This document shows positions 48,946 to 62,500 of a stretch of DNA of 64,000 nt, in pieces. A program made the translations under genes and the position numbers. Source of the stretch: Lama glama. Lineage: Eukaryota. The stretch lies in assembly GCA_028534125.1 (NCBI GenBank), contig CM052817.1:24244001-24308000 (forward strand), given 5' to 3'. Each line of letters begins with the position of its first letter. Position 1 is the first letter of the stretch. The notes below the pieces were generated by a model, which saw only the letters and a program-made list of their open reading frames with translations, was not told the DNA's origin and did no database searches.

Positions 48946-51900
48946 GATATTATCATGTCCAAGACATTGTATAAACATTTAATAAATAGCATTTACTTTT
49001 ATTACTATTCTAATAAGTATGTCATATTTTAATGTATACCAGGAACTATGCTAGGAGTGAAAAGAAACCAAAAGAGCATAACAGTATCTCTTGTCTTTCA
49101 AAAGCAGTAGCCATATTGATATATGTGACCATATTTATATACAAATATTCCTTCTATAAGCATGAAGATTCTAAGGGGTTAGAAGAGGTTGAGTATGTGC
49201 CCAAGTTTCTATATCAGGTAGAGGTTTTATTAAAAGCCAGCTCAGTGCCATTTCTTTTGGACTTAGGCAAATACAATGTTCCATAATATAATAAAAAATA
49301 TGAACAATTGTAAATAAAATTTCCCACATGACTTTCCAAAACCCACACCAGCAACAGGGCTATATGAGAGAAACAACAATAGAGGAAAATTTCAATATGA
49401 AGTACGACATATCTTCTTCAGTCTGATAAATTACTCGTATTACTAACCCAAACTACCCCCAATGGATTTGTGAGTAAAAATAGTAAGAGCAATACCTAAA
49501 TCAGTTACCAGATCTGCTTGCAGTCATGTTTGATTCTGCAACCAGACATTTGCCCATAGAAAGAACAACCCTATTCTTCATAGCAGAAGAAAGAAACTTG
49601 GTCAAACCTTACCACTTATGTTCCTTTATTGTAATCTTTATCTGTGCAAGTTATGAAATCACTTTGTATATATTTTGAAGGAGTCCTTTCATCCCTGCTG
49701 TCTCTGATTCCTGCTTCCTCCCTCCAAAGTTATCATTTTCAAAAAAATATCTTTTATCTTCATTTCTCTTTCATAAAATGGGCATGGTGAATCACTAATT
49801 CAGGACATCTACAGAAGAGAAATTTAATTTGCAGAGTTCAACCAAATCCCTTAGGATGGAAACGTGTCAAAAAGCTGTGGAATTGTTTCTGAGACAAACA
49901 ACAGACAGCGCATAGTTCACTACTGTGTCAGATGATTTTTGTTTGCAGATGTGAGGATGAGGAGTGATACCACATTTCAGCAGCAGAAGAGCAATAAAAA
50001 GGCAGAAGGCATTGATAATAACATACAGGAGTAATATTGATGGCTATAATTTATTGCATGCTTACTCATGCAAGAACTATATTACATGTTTTCAAGGACT
50101 TAGTCCTCACAATAAAACCCTGTCTAGTATTAGTATTTTATTATAGCTTCCCTATTGCCACCAGCAAATAGGTGGTGGAATTTCAATTTGGACCCACCTT
50201 GGGCATTCAGCAGCCTAGGGCTACACAGGGGTGTACACAGCTACAAATGGGGGTGGAGTGGCCAGCAGAGAGATTCTGAGGAAGCAGATCTGTAGCAGAG
50301 ATCTACTGCAGAGAGCCCACTCCATGTACACAGACCATGGCTTTGGAGAAACCCATATCCTAAATAGTGTGGGTTAAGCTTAAAGTCCCATCAGATAACC
50401 AGATACATCCTCAGTAGAGGAAGTAAAATTCAGTTAAATAGAAACTTTCATTAAGTTGCAATCCCTATGTTTATTAGCCTTTTTGTTATTTCTTTCTGTC
50501 TTTTTTTTTTCCTTTTCTGAAACTCAGACAACTTTCTAGGTCACCCATTCTTTGAAAATAACTCTACAGAGATTGTAAATAGCTAATTGAACTTTAGCAC
50601 CTTCTGCCTCAGAATGTACTGCTTAAAAAAGAGAGAAAGAGAAAAACAAAGAAAAGAGTACATTAACTGTGACTCTAGACAACTCTAACTCAAATCATCT
50701 TTCACTCAGCTGGAAGGAAACTAGAGCACAATGTGTAAACTACATAGATTTTATTTAATTTATCTTAAAAATGTTTTCTTTTAACTGAAAATAATAGTTA
50801 CCTGGATATCAACATTAAGTAAAATTTATTTTGCCTATGTTCAAAAGTTCCTTCCTCCTTAGAGAGACTGTAGAGGCACATGTTTCTTTTGTTCTAAACA
50901 ATTCAGTGATATTTGAAGCTGACAGGATATTGATTGGTTGGGAATATCTATGACTCTCCTTCCTCAGCTAATGAGAAAGAAAGAAAGGGATCTCTAAAAG
51001 GAACGATGTAGTGGGCACTGTGCCCCAGGGACACAGAAATATCACTGAGATTTAGGTTCGTGGCTCCCAGGGTTTTGTTTTTTTGTCTGAAAGTCACAAA
51101 ATTAAAACTTTTTCCTCTTTTCCAAAGATTGAGGTTAATTCAGCCTGTAAAGAAGACACACATCTTCACTAATAACACTAATATGAAAAAAATCTATAAA
51201 GAGACACATTCTCAGCAACATTCACCTTTAAAAATAGGCAAACTCTGCCCATAGTGGATATGCCCAAATTCTGGAGAATCAGAGATGTTCAAAGCTATTA
51301 GAAGTTTAATTTAAACCAGCATTTGCCCAATAGGATATACTGCTGACTTTCTAAGCTTTCAATATAATCTTGGCAGTACAACAGCCAATAGTTATGAAGA
51401 TGAATATACAGAACTTCCCCTTGTCATGCTCCTGCTTTCTGGCCTGGTGAGTCAGCTCTAGATTAGCCTTTGTTACGCAGAAAGTGACCGAGAGAAAGTA
51501 AGAGCTGGAGACAAGCCTGTAGTACGCATGGGGTCAAGTCCAATGAGGTGGGTTCTGTTTTGATATACAGTATGCTATGCTTAGGTTGGAGGTGACAGGA
51601 GCAGCAGGCCAACAATGGGACTGTGTGGTTTGTCAAAGGAAAAGTTGTTTTTGCTTTGTTTTGGTTTGGTTTTTTTGTTTGTTTTTTGTTTTTGTTTTTG
51701 CCCGCCCCCACCCCGCACTGAAAGCTTAGAGAAAAACACAATAGCTGTGTCTATACTTTGGAGACAATTTTTGGTTGGAAACAGTTGTGTGGAAAGAACA
51801 TTTAAGACACTGAGTGTATCATAACTACCCAAACCCTACTCCATCTCAACTTTGGTTTTCTTGAGACACTGACTAGAGATATAATATCTTTTAATAATAT

Positions 51901-52355
51901 TTTTCTGTCAGAATGCTGTTTCTGTGAATAAGACATCCTGTTATATAAACTCCCCATTATATTTAGGTTGTAGTGGTAACTTCTAAGATAATAGTTTCCA
52001 ACAGTCCCTCCAGTTCTATCTTCCCCTTTAAAAGCACAAAACATTTAGTAACAAACACTACCTTTAAAAAGAGAATTTACACATGATTACTTCTTTTTTT
52101 TAACATTCAAAGCTTTAATGATTTATTATATGAAGAGCTACTGGGAATTGATAGGAAAACTACTAAGGTTTAATAGGTAAATAGAAAAAACACAAACATT
52201 TCATAAAAGAGGAACTAAAATAAGCAAATGTAAAAATGTTTTTTAGTATTGAATTTTTTTAATGTTTCTTTACAGGAAATAAAATTAATTGATATACATT
52301 GTATATATACATTAAATATATGTATATGTTTAGAGAGTTGTGCTCATATTCATAT

Positions 52356-52750
52356 TGTGTGGCTTCTCAGCATCAGTGGTCCCTTTCCTTAGAGCCCCAC
52401 ATCCAATGTTATCCTCTTAGCAGGATACTGGAAGCTCCTTCCACCAGGTGTTCCCCTCCCTATTCTGATATGCCAGGAGGTAAGCACATGACCCAAGCTG
52501 GGTCAATCAAATGCTTATTCCTGTGAATTCGACTCTTGACTATAATGACAGAAGGACATAGAATGGCTGCAGTTTATTCATTATAACAATGACTACTGAG
52601 TATTTCATGCTTTAACACCTTCTAAAGATAGCTGCCAGTCTATCTTCAGCCTTGCTTAGAACTCCCTCCCCATATATATTTAACAAATTCTCTTTTCAGT
52701 TAAAGTATTCAGAATCTATTTTTACTGCCTGCATGCAAATAATCCTATAC
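52356..52750 (+). mobile_element. MLT1K/L-like MaLR LTR
   Basis: aagcacatgacccaagctgggtcaatcaaatgc...aacaaattctcttttcagttaaag...tgcctgcatgcaaataatcct. Confidence 0.65.
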
Positions 52751-53030
52751 GTTTGAGTTGCATTTTGAAACTCACTTTTCTTCTGAGTCATCTGACTCAT
52801 TGTTCAAACAGCTTTGACACTTAAATGTCATGAATTGTTGTTTCACATATATGTTATTATAGCAAACAGCTGGTTAAGATATTGTAGTCATAATGGAGTC
52901 ATTTTGAAAATGAATAAATACATTTGGTCAGTATGTTTGCAACTTCCTCGTTGTCAGCCAGTTCCAGAGTCATAAATTTTGTTTATTGCTTCATTGAGAA
53001 CTGTACCAGGATAGAATCGCTAAAAGATCG

Positions 53031-53122
53031 AGCAGGCCGAGCGTTACTTAGATGAGCATGCAAGGGCATGACCCTCAAGCAGGCCGAGAGTTACTTAGAT
53101 GAGCATGCAAGGACATGACCCT
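53031..53122. repeat. 47-bp-period tandem duplication, 2 copies with 2 mismatches over 45 nt
   Basis: agcaggccgag(c/a)gttacttagatgagcatgcaagg(g/a)catgaccct at 53031 and 53078. Confidence 0.95.
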
Positions 53123-53147
53123 TGTCTTCTATCTTTTTGCCAAGTGA

Positions 53148-53292
53148 AGACTGGTCCACAGACCAGCATCATCATCACCTTGGCATTTGTTAGAAATGCA
53201 CACCCTCAGCCCTTATTCTTGACCTGCTGACACAGAATCTGCATTTCAAACCATTCCACAAGATAGGTGTTTACACATTAAAGTTTAAAAAA
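53148..53292. mobile_element. MER5A-type hAT-Charlie element
   Basis: ggtccacagaccagcatc..catcacct..gcatttgttagaaatgca...cagaatctgcattt...cacattaaagttt. Confidence 0.85.
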
Positions 53293-53389
53293 GTCTATCC
53301 TATCCCACTTCGCATTTATCACATTATAATTTACTATTTTAAGTCTCTGCTCTAACTATACTGGCAGATTGCCTCTATATAGGTCCTTT

Positions 53390-53570
53390 TCAAAGCACTT
53401 TAATATCAATTTTCTCTTCATTTTCATCATAATCCTGAGAGGTATGGGCAGATAATATTGCTTCCCATTCTAAAAAGCCAAGAACTGAGGCCTGGAGAAG
53501 CTGACTGGTGAGGCCACACTGTAGAGTGGTGCAGTCAGGATTAGCGCAAAGGAGTCTGTAGTTAAAGAAG
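53390..53570 (-). mobile_element. MIR SINE
   Basis: attgcttcccattcta...gaactgaggcctggagaag. Confidence 0.7.
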
Positions 53571-53859
53571 CAGTGTTGCCTCTGGATTGACTATCCTGTT
53601 TAGTAATCTTCTAAGAAGGAATCATTTCCACAGTGTCTCCTTTAAAGAGTTTGTTCAGCCTCTGCTTGTACCCACTAATGGGTCATGGACTTACTACGTC
53701 AAAAATCAGCTGTTCATTTGTGGACTATTTTACCGTTTATAAAATTCTCTTATTTGAAATGTGCTTCTCATCTTTGAGTCTAGAAAAAAAAAAAAGAATG
53801 TTTCAATCTTTTCCCACAATAGCCCTTCAAATACCAGAATAGAAATCTTTCTTTAAGTC

Positions 53860-55060
53860 TGTTCTTGTCCAGGGCAAATTATTTCAACCATTATCCAGTG
53901 ACATATTGTCTAATTCCTCATCTTGGTTATCCCTATTAAGAACACTCAAGATATGTGGGGTTCTTGTTTAAAAAAAAAATTGCAAATAATCTAGTACAGT
54001 CTGACCAGCATAAAGTAGACTGGGATAATTACTTCCATTAATCCAGACATTGAAATGTTGCAGAAAAAATGTGTTACAGCTCAGTGTTATAACTCAGTGT
54101 TACAGCTCAGTTGTGACAGAAACCTGGATCTGGGCGAGAGAGTAGCACTTGGAGAGTTGGAGAACTCAGGTTTATTATGCCCGTGGTCCCAAAGGAGTTA
54201 ACACTCCAAACTCTGGACCCCATCTGTAGGTTTACACAGGCTTTTATAGGCTGCCAGTTTACACTTTGCAACATCGTATGCAAGTAAGGTATAACGAAAG
54301 TTGACTAATGAGGAACAAGCTTTGTAGAAATGGACCAATCAGGAGGGAGAGAAATAACCAATCAGGAGTGAGGGAAATGGACCATCAGGAGGGAGAGAAA
54401 TAACCAAACAGGAGTGAGCTCAGAGAACCAATAGAATTTTAGGGGTAAGTTCCACTTTCCTAGAAGTAAGCCATTTCAGAGACAAAAAGTGAGATAGAGC
54501 CTCTTGGCCAGGGAACTGGATGGTGCTGACAGGAGAGTAGTGGACCTGCCTGGGAGTCCTGCTGGTATGTTTGTATGGGGCTTCCCACCTCACTACTATT
54601 ATTAAGGCTGCCTAAGATTCAGTCAACCTTGGTAACATTCATATAGTATTTTTGTCTTATACTGAGATTGTATCTTCATTTTCACGTAACGTTTTCTCTT
54701 GTCACGTTGCCCCCATCATATCTGTGAACTAGTATTTTTTGTTGTTTTTGGTGGTGGTGGTTAATTTTTGCACCTGATACAGAGCATAACCCTTATTTAG
54801 TAATGTGTCATTGGGTTATAGAGCATCATTCCAGACTCAAGGTCATTTGAAAACTTTGTTTTACTATGAAGGCTGGACCATGGGGGAAGATTCTTCTACT
54901 CTGAGACAACCAGAGCCAATTTTTTTCCTTTCTTCAGCCTCACAAACAAACAGTCCAGGCCCAAATAAATCTCTGTGCATCAGCATAAGACCAGCCATCA
55001 TCACCCCACTATCTACTAAGAACTGTTGAGGTTTTAAGAGGCCAGTTTCTCACCCTTCTC
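53860..55060 (-). mobile_element. L3/CR1 LINE remnant, split by the LTR at 54051-54592
   Basis: gtctgaccagcataaagtagactgggataattacttcc..atccagaca | ctactattattaaggctgcctaagatt matches one continuous CR1/L3 motif. Confidence 0.6.
54051..54592 (-). mobile_element. Relatively young ERV solo LTR (or composite of two LTR pieces) with a CCAAT array
   Basis: Minus-strand order: TG start at 54592, CCAAT repeats 54327-54432, TATA (cttttatagg, 54241-54250), AATAAA (tttatt, 54171-54176); 13-bp tgttacagctcag repeats at about 54072-54110. Confidence 0.8.
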
Positions 55061-56107
55061 TCTGAATTCTAAATCATTTGAGCAATAGGTAACAGATTCC
55101 AATAAACATCAAAATACAAGTTTTATTGCTCGCAAAACTAATCAGGGACTGTAATTTAAAGCAGAGGCCAATATTGACTTTTGATGTCCATGCCCCTCTC
55201 TCCTTTCTCCCTCACAGGAAGCTGTCCTATGTAACACATGGTGGGCAGGAATAGAGAGAAGAACACATTCAGCCTATAGACAAGCGGCTTGGAAACAGAA
55301 CCAATAAGAGGCAAGAAGGGGCAGTTCAATTAGACAGAACCCCTTTCCCTAATCTCAGTCATCAGATCAATCACTCCACCTCCAATGGAGAGAACCACTA
55401 AGGAGAGGAGGGCCAGGAATGTTCTCTCAATGTGTTCCCTGCTGGGGTGGAAAGTGGAAGCTACACTCCTCCCAAAATGGAAGGAAGAAAATAATGTGTT
55501 CCCCCTAACAAGATGCCCATGAGTAGGGTGTTGATTCTGCCAGGCAGGCTGTTTGCTGTCTCTTGCATGAGATTTGTTCATTTCTCCCTCTAATCTTTTG
55601 CAAATACCACTGCTTGATTAGAATCCTTCCCCCTTCTCCACTAAAGCAAATCTCCCTGTGGCTCTGTTTACTTACAGGGAATACATTATTTGAGTCATTG
55701 AATGTTAAAACACCTAAAAATAAAATTTGTTTCAAAGGCAGACATACCAAATTTAAATAGCTGCTGCCCATGAGCTGGTATAAGGCTCTTAGGTATCCAG
55801 TGATCAAGGCCTTCACTCCTTATGCATGAAACACAGATTTAAAGACTGTTGCAATGCCCAATTCAGTCTCCCTGGAAGAAGTTAAGACTATGACAAAACA
55901 TCAGTGCAGGCATTAACCTATGTATATTCTTAGAAAAAAATGTGAGTAGTGATATGTTACTTTAAATTTTTCAAGAATAAAATTATGGGTAGACATGTGT
56001 TATTAACTAGGCTAAATTTTAAAACAGTATAGGCTTAAAGCAACTTAACTCTAAGTTTTTATTTTACTTATAATATTTCCAAAAATTGAAAATCCACTCA
56101 AATTTAG

Positions 56108-56242
56108 AACAAAGGTCAGCAAATACTTTTTGTAAAAGGCCAGAGAGTAACTATTTTAGGCTTTGAGGTTCCTTTAGCCCCTGTTGGAACTACTCAACTC
56201 TACTCTGCTATTGGAATGTGAACACAGCCATGGACAATACAC
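56108..56242. mobile_element. MER58A-type hAT-Charlie fragment
   Basis: aggtcagcaaa..tttttgtaaaaggccagagagtaactattttaggcttt...aactactcaactct...cagccatggacaatac. Confidence 0.85.
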
Positions 56243-57611
56243 TTTTGAGATTGTATGCTCCTTAAATGACCAGCTTTTATCCAGATCTGATTTACCAAAC
56301 TGTGCCTCTTAAACGGGTTTGAATATTTCTGCTGAAGATCTTTTCAACTTCTGGAGGTTTTACATCATTTATGCATAGCAAAAACTATTATTTTCAAAAG
56401 GCAAAACTTTTTTCTTTTTCCCAGGGTTATTAAAGTTTAATTATTTTGGACAGATGAAACATAATAAAATGTATAAACCAAATTTCTGCTTGGTCCAAAG
56501 CTAAGTCTGACATCCTGCATATTTAAACAATAAAGGGAGCATTAGGTGTTTGGTAGAGGACTTACTAGATGGAAATTCTTTGGTGAGTTAGTTCCTTAGG
56601 AAGAACCTGGAATTATGAAGCTCTATGTTAAGTAAGAGAACCCTGTGGCTTCCACTCTAGAGACTCATGAAGTATCTGCTTTATATGCTTAGTTTTTATT
56701 CTGAGATGCTTCTACTATAGATAATAAATGAAACAAGTAGGAAGAACGTTAATATATTAATCATTACTAATATGTTAATAATGTTATCAATACATTTTAA
56801 TTATGTTAATATTTAATATGGCAACACTATATAACGCTGTATTATTATTTTCTATTAAATTATATTTGATATTATCAAATTCTTATCATTTTAATAATGT
56901 AATAATTATGAACATATTATGATAGTATTATTCAGACACAGGCCTAAGGACATATACACACTGTCTTGGACACATAATACTAATTTCTATCTAAATATTA
57001 GAAAGTTTTGTTGGAGGACAGAAATCCTAATTTGTATTTGAAGATAAAATGAAAACTATTATTTTAGCTATGGACATTTTCTCACCATGATCCAAGTTTA
57101 AATACCTATTTTTTTTTTCTTTTCTCAATTCTAACCCCAAAGAAACATGTACGGAAGGAAGAAACAAGTAATGCAAAGTAAGACAAGGTTTGTCTTTCCA
57201 TTTCCTTGTAGAGGTTTTGTCAAACTGCTCATTAATCAGTGCTATCTATTACTTTCAAACAATGATTGATAGTTATTATATTAAGAAACATATCAGGTTA
57301 AAAAATATTAGAATAAAAATATAAATAAATAAATAAACTGATCAAGATGATTAAGAATGATTTCTTCTGCAGTTATTGACAATGGCAGTCTACATTAGGT
57401 CAACCAAGGATGTTACCTACTCAAAAACACTCTGCTGAGAAATGTCTTATTCACTGTCGGGGAGTGAACAAGGGGAAATGATGCTGAGCCCGGGCCAGCT
57501 CTTTGTGGAAAGCGGGACACACACGAGCTCCAAGCGTGTATGCAGAGAGGTGGTTGTCTTGATGGCCAGTGGTTTGAAGGACTTCCAAGTGAAGGCTAGA
57601 AATTATGGGCA

Positions 57612-57815
57612 CAATTTCTCACAAATACGAACACAATGTGGCTCACATGCAATTGACATCAGAATCACAAAGATTAAGTATTTAAAATGCAGATTCCTGG
57701 TTCCCTCTTCAGAGTGACTCCATGAAAATCTGTGGAATTACGGCCCAGGAATTTGCCCTTGTTTTTCATCATCTTTGATGGATTTTATGCATATGAAAGT
57801 TTGAAAAGCACTGAA
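57612..57815. mobile_element. MER5-type hAT-Charlie element
   Basis: catcagaatcac..ttaaaatgcagattcctgg...gattttatgcatatgaaagtttgaaaagcactg. Confidence 0.8.
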
Positions 57816-59134
57816 TCAGTGGCTCATGCTGTAGAATGGTCTACTGTTTCATACTCCACTAGAGATTTCAAATAATGACCTGTTGGATCTTAGGAAGATC
57901 TTGTGCTTATTTGAAAGGCAGATTCTCCAAGCCTACTTGCACAAAAGCATTGATTCTTTATTACCTTGGAGTTGTTGACCTTGGCAGATTAAGAGTACCC
58001 TGATTTATGCATAAAGTGTGGAGAGTTTCTGTATTTTTCTGGGGTAAAGGTGTTTAGTCTTTATCAGATTTTCAAATAGCTCCCTAACTCTCTCCTGAAT
58101 TTCTGGATCACTGGACTAAAGGAATCAAACTCATCTAATTGCAACTAATTTATTCTATTGTAGATTTCATTTACCATGTTCAGAACAGCAGGTCATTTGC
58201 TTGATGACAAGAAGAATTCGTCCTTAAAATGTTTTGCAGCATTTTATCTTAAGTGTTTCATTTCCCAAATTATCACCTGTTTCTGAAGTAAAATACCATA
58301 CATATCATCAAGCTAATATCAGAAATCTGGTTCTAAATGTTCAATCAATTGAATGCAAAATTCATATCAAGAATAGGAAATAGCTAAACTTAAGATCACA
58401 GAATACATCCTCTATTTCCCACTGTCTGTCTATAACAGCTTTTACTTCCATAAAAAGGAAGAGGATTTTGTGACTGAAATTACCTGTGATTTTTGTTCTA
58501 GCATTATCTCACCGAAAGTACTGTAAATCTCCATTGTTGTGTGGTAGTCTTTGTGCAAGAGGTTGTAACAAGAAGAAATGAAGCTAAGTGAAAGTGAATA
58601 AGGATAGAACCTACAGCTATTTATAACATTGTGATTCTGGGTTAGTGATAAAAAGCTTTATTTATGTCTAGTTAATAATACTGTGTCTGGAAAGACAGCC
58701 TCAGACAAAACAGATGAGTTCTCTATAATGTGAATTTTACAAAAGACAAATTCTTTCCTTAATATATACATAAGCAAATAACTATTGCAAGCCAATATTC
58801 TCTGATGACAGAGTCAGAACTTAAATTTTGGCGTATATTAATAGTACAAATAGTAAATCTAGGTAAGAAAGAAGTGCTTGATTCTCTTTGAATACAAAGG
58901 AGACAAAACATTTGGCTCAGGAAAACTGCCTCAGAGCAAAATCCTTGGCCCTTGGACACTGCAGAGATGCTTAAGTTCTAATGTTAGTTTTCCACATGTG
59001 TTTGCCACTTTCTAGCTTATATTTGTAGTTACTAGCAATGTCTGTGACACAGAGAGAACACATAATAAATAATTCCTCAATAGGTACATGAATAAAAGAC
59101 ATTCACTAAATAAGATAGAAGATAGTTGAGATTC

Positions 59135-59525
59135 CCATTATATTAGGGTAAATAAATGACCTAAACGAAAAAAAAAAAAAAAAAACTCAATGGCCCAATA
59201 CAATACACTTTAATTCTAGCTCCCAGAAAGCTCAATGCATGATGATGGTATATACTGTCCCATGTAGCAGTTCAGAGACCAATATAAATTCTGGACTCTT
59301 CTTTCCTAGGAGTCCACATCTAGCCATGAGGCAGAAAAGAAAGAATGGAGAAAAATCATGAGAGATTTTAATAGGCCACTCCTGGATGTGACATACATCA
59401 CTTTCACCTATATTTCATCCATCAGATCTCCATTACATGGAGTGGGAAAAGTGGACAGTCTGTGTACTGCAGGGTCAAGTGGAGGAATAACGGGTTTCAC
59501 TTAACAATTAGCTTATCTCTGCCAT
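59135..59525 (-). mobile_element. Old MLT1-type LTR with an internal poly-A run
   Basis: ctcaatggcccaatacaatac...ctggatgtgacatacatcactttcacctatatttcat. Confidence 0.6.
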
Positions 59526-62500
59526 ACCAGAATTAGGGCCAGCTCTTTCCTTAGGTAGTGAGAATGTATGTAAGTAATACCTACCTACCTACCCATAGCC
59601 AACTCTAGGGTTACTTACATACTTTGTGGTCTCTGCAGTGGGATTTTTTCACTAGCTACTATCCTAAGTAGTAAAATCAACCTGGTTGTAATCTCGAGCA
59701 AGGGAGATGCATGTTAATCTAACAGTTCAAGATGGACTCTTCTAAGATTCAGTTGTTACAACTACCTACCTCTTGGTATTTTTAACCATTTATCCAGCAA
59801 GCTGTTTGACACTGAATCATTCTTTAGTAGGATTGCCATTATAGTTCTGAAGCTCTTCCTAAAGAGTCCTAGGTTTTCTAAATAGAACCCATCCTAATTC
59901 CCCTGTTCTTCCCATAAGCATTAATTAAGCAGTTGACCCTCATATTCACACTGTTTTGACATGAACAGTGTGTGAAAAGCATAGTGAACTAATGGAATTA
60001 TCTGCTTCAGTCTCATATATTCACCTCTTTGACCCTGTGGGACCATTTCTTAATGAAGACTGTTAGCTGTACATACCAGTAAGGTTGAGATTTATACAAT
60101 TACCTCTCAAATCTCAGCTGCTCATTAGCAGACTGCCTCTTCAGCAGTTAAATGAATTAACCTATTTCCTACTTCATTGCTTTATCCATTTTCATCTCTA
60201 ACTTTTAATATATTATAATATGCCTTATATCCACAATACTGCTGGTTTGTGAGCACGGTTTCTGTGTTTAAAAAGAGACACTAAAATTTATTTTTTGCTA
60301 ACGATAACATCTTTCCCACTTGCCTCCCACCCTCCTCGTCCCATTCCATTTTTCTACATTTCTCCAGTATATGTGCATTGTTACTGTCAAAAAGCAATAA
60401 ACCTCAATGCTTGTTAATAAACTTAAAAGATACATTTCATCTTTGTTTGTTAAGGAAGAGTCATCTTTGGCAATCTTCATAAATTTGTCCCCAGAAAAAA
60501 AAAGTGTCTTGAGTTGGAACATTCATGTATTTGAGAGTATGTATGGGGGGAGGGGCTAGCATATTCTACCATGAAGAAGTACTGTGCATAAAGAGTATTT
60601 AGTAACTAAAGCATCAAAAACAAATCTCATAACTGAAAAGCTTATCTATAGGAATAGCCATTACAACATGTTATATTTCTGAAATATGCTGTCCATGTAA
60701 CCTAGTTTAGAAAATGCTTGGTTTCTTTCATTCCCATCTGCTTTAGCCATTCATTTTAACTCCTCTGTGATATCTAGCTCCTGGAAACATTTTGGATTTC
60801 ATACATTATTGGGTTAAAAAAGGATGATAATAAGATATTTCCATTGTTCTACAAAACCCATGACTTGACAAATGCCTTAAATGCTAATATCAAAAATACT
60901 ATGGACTGCAACAACAATCTTCTTTGTTTTTCAAACATTGCAACAGAAGAGAGATTTTTGTATCTCTCATGTCTTTTATTTCTTCTCCCCCTACCCCTGA
61001 TGAAAGTAGAGTTTTTTAGTACAAATTTTATTGATGGTATCATATGAAAGGCATTAAACATGCAAATAAAACTTGTGTTGTGGATGCTACATCCTACAGA
61101 ACCTACTATTATAGAAGATTGTGATGATTAGTGTTCAGAGACATCCACTATTGCCATCCTAAGATAAAGCCAGCAATCTTCAGGATGGAGCTGAGATTCT
61201 AGAGAACAGAGAAACTCAGAAGGGGTACTAGAAAAGAAAGATTATGGGAGGCCAGATAGTAAAGAAACTCCAGAGAACCAAGCATCCAGCCAAGGTGACT
61301 GCATTGAATGTAACATTACCACCAAAACAACCAAAGTTTATTTTGCATAAACCACTGAAAATTGTTATGTATTTATAATTGACTTCTGATACAATTTTAT
61401 GTTTATTCTTGACAATAAACTGTACCTACCCACTCTTCCAGACAGTGTTCACTAAGTAAATAAATAATGTTATTTCCACTGACCATTGGCAAAATCTTCT
61501 AGTGGTGAATGTAAATTGGACAGAATGTAGTCATGTATTTGACAAAATCAATTAGTCAAGAAAATGTTCAGACATTTCCCCGACAAGCTTAGACTTTCTA
61601 ATGGGACAATCAGTTTTGATCTTCTAGTGACCTTATGAGCAAACAGATTTAAGATGCTTTTTATACATCTGCAACTCTTACCTCTTATTAGAAGCAATTT
61701 CTCTAAATAAGGGTACTTTGATCATATATGCTTATAAAATATTGCAAAAAAAAACAACAATGTGAATTCAAGAGGACAGCTTCTGCTTATTTTCAGGGGC
61801 ATTAATTTTATCCTTAAGTCTTTTTAAAATGATGTCCTTATGATTCAGAGGATGATTTTAGTGGCTTCTTATATCAGCCTTTACAAAATGTTACATTTTC
61901 CAGCTTACTCTTACTGTGCTGACTTTATAACCAACAGACTGAGCACATAAGCAAACAAATAAAACACCCAAAGACAAAAAACAAAAACAAACAAAACCAC
62001 AGGTAGGAATTTGAAGTGATCAACCAAAACTGATCTTAGAACAGGATTACAGGTAAATTATCTGATAACATAGGACTCATATTAAGTAAATATCTCTCTC
62101 ACTCTTTAAATATAATGAAGAATTAATTCCTAAACAGTTTTGCCTAAGGAGAAAAGTATGTAACTAATAAATTTTCATTAATTTTTTAAGTTAGTACATT
62201 TCAATCAATTGTTAAATCATATAGAATCTTAGTTGAAAGATATCATATCATAGGCAATGAATTGAGAAAATGTTTCTGTTTGTGCTAAATGGTTTACCTA
62301 CATTTATGGTATATACTAAGTCAAAATTATGCACAATCATACATGTGTGCTACTAGTTGAAAATATTTTATATTTTGAGTTATATATTATAATTATAGTA
62401 TTTGATAAAATATCAGGTTACTTAAACTCATACACTAAAGTATAGATTAACAATCTGAATTTCAAACTAAAAAAAATTTATGATTTCCACATTTTCTTCA

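Noticed and set aside
53031..53122. Direct repeats as a CRISPR array or snRNA pseudogene
   Set aside because: Only two adjacent copies with no spacer, in a mammalian context, and no real match to U6 or other small RNAs that I recall.
53031..54418. Both nearby tandem duplications have a 47-bp period
   Set aside because: The two units share no sequence similarity; treated as coincidence.
56740..56930. Extremely AT-rich TAAT-dense tract as a homeodomain cluster
   Set aside because: Low-complexity AT sequence without other motif classes.
57442..57717. 91-aa ORF in a CpG-containing patch
   Set aside because: Runs into a MER5 element, has no recognisable homology and is too small for a CpG island.
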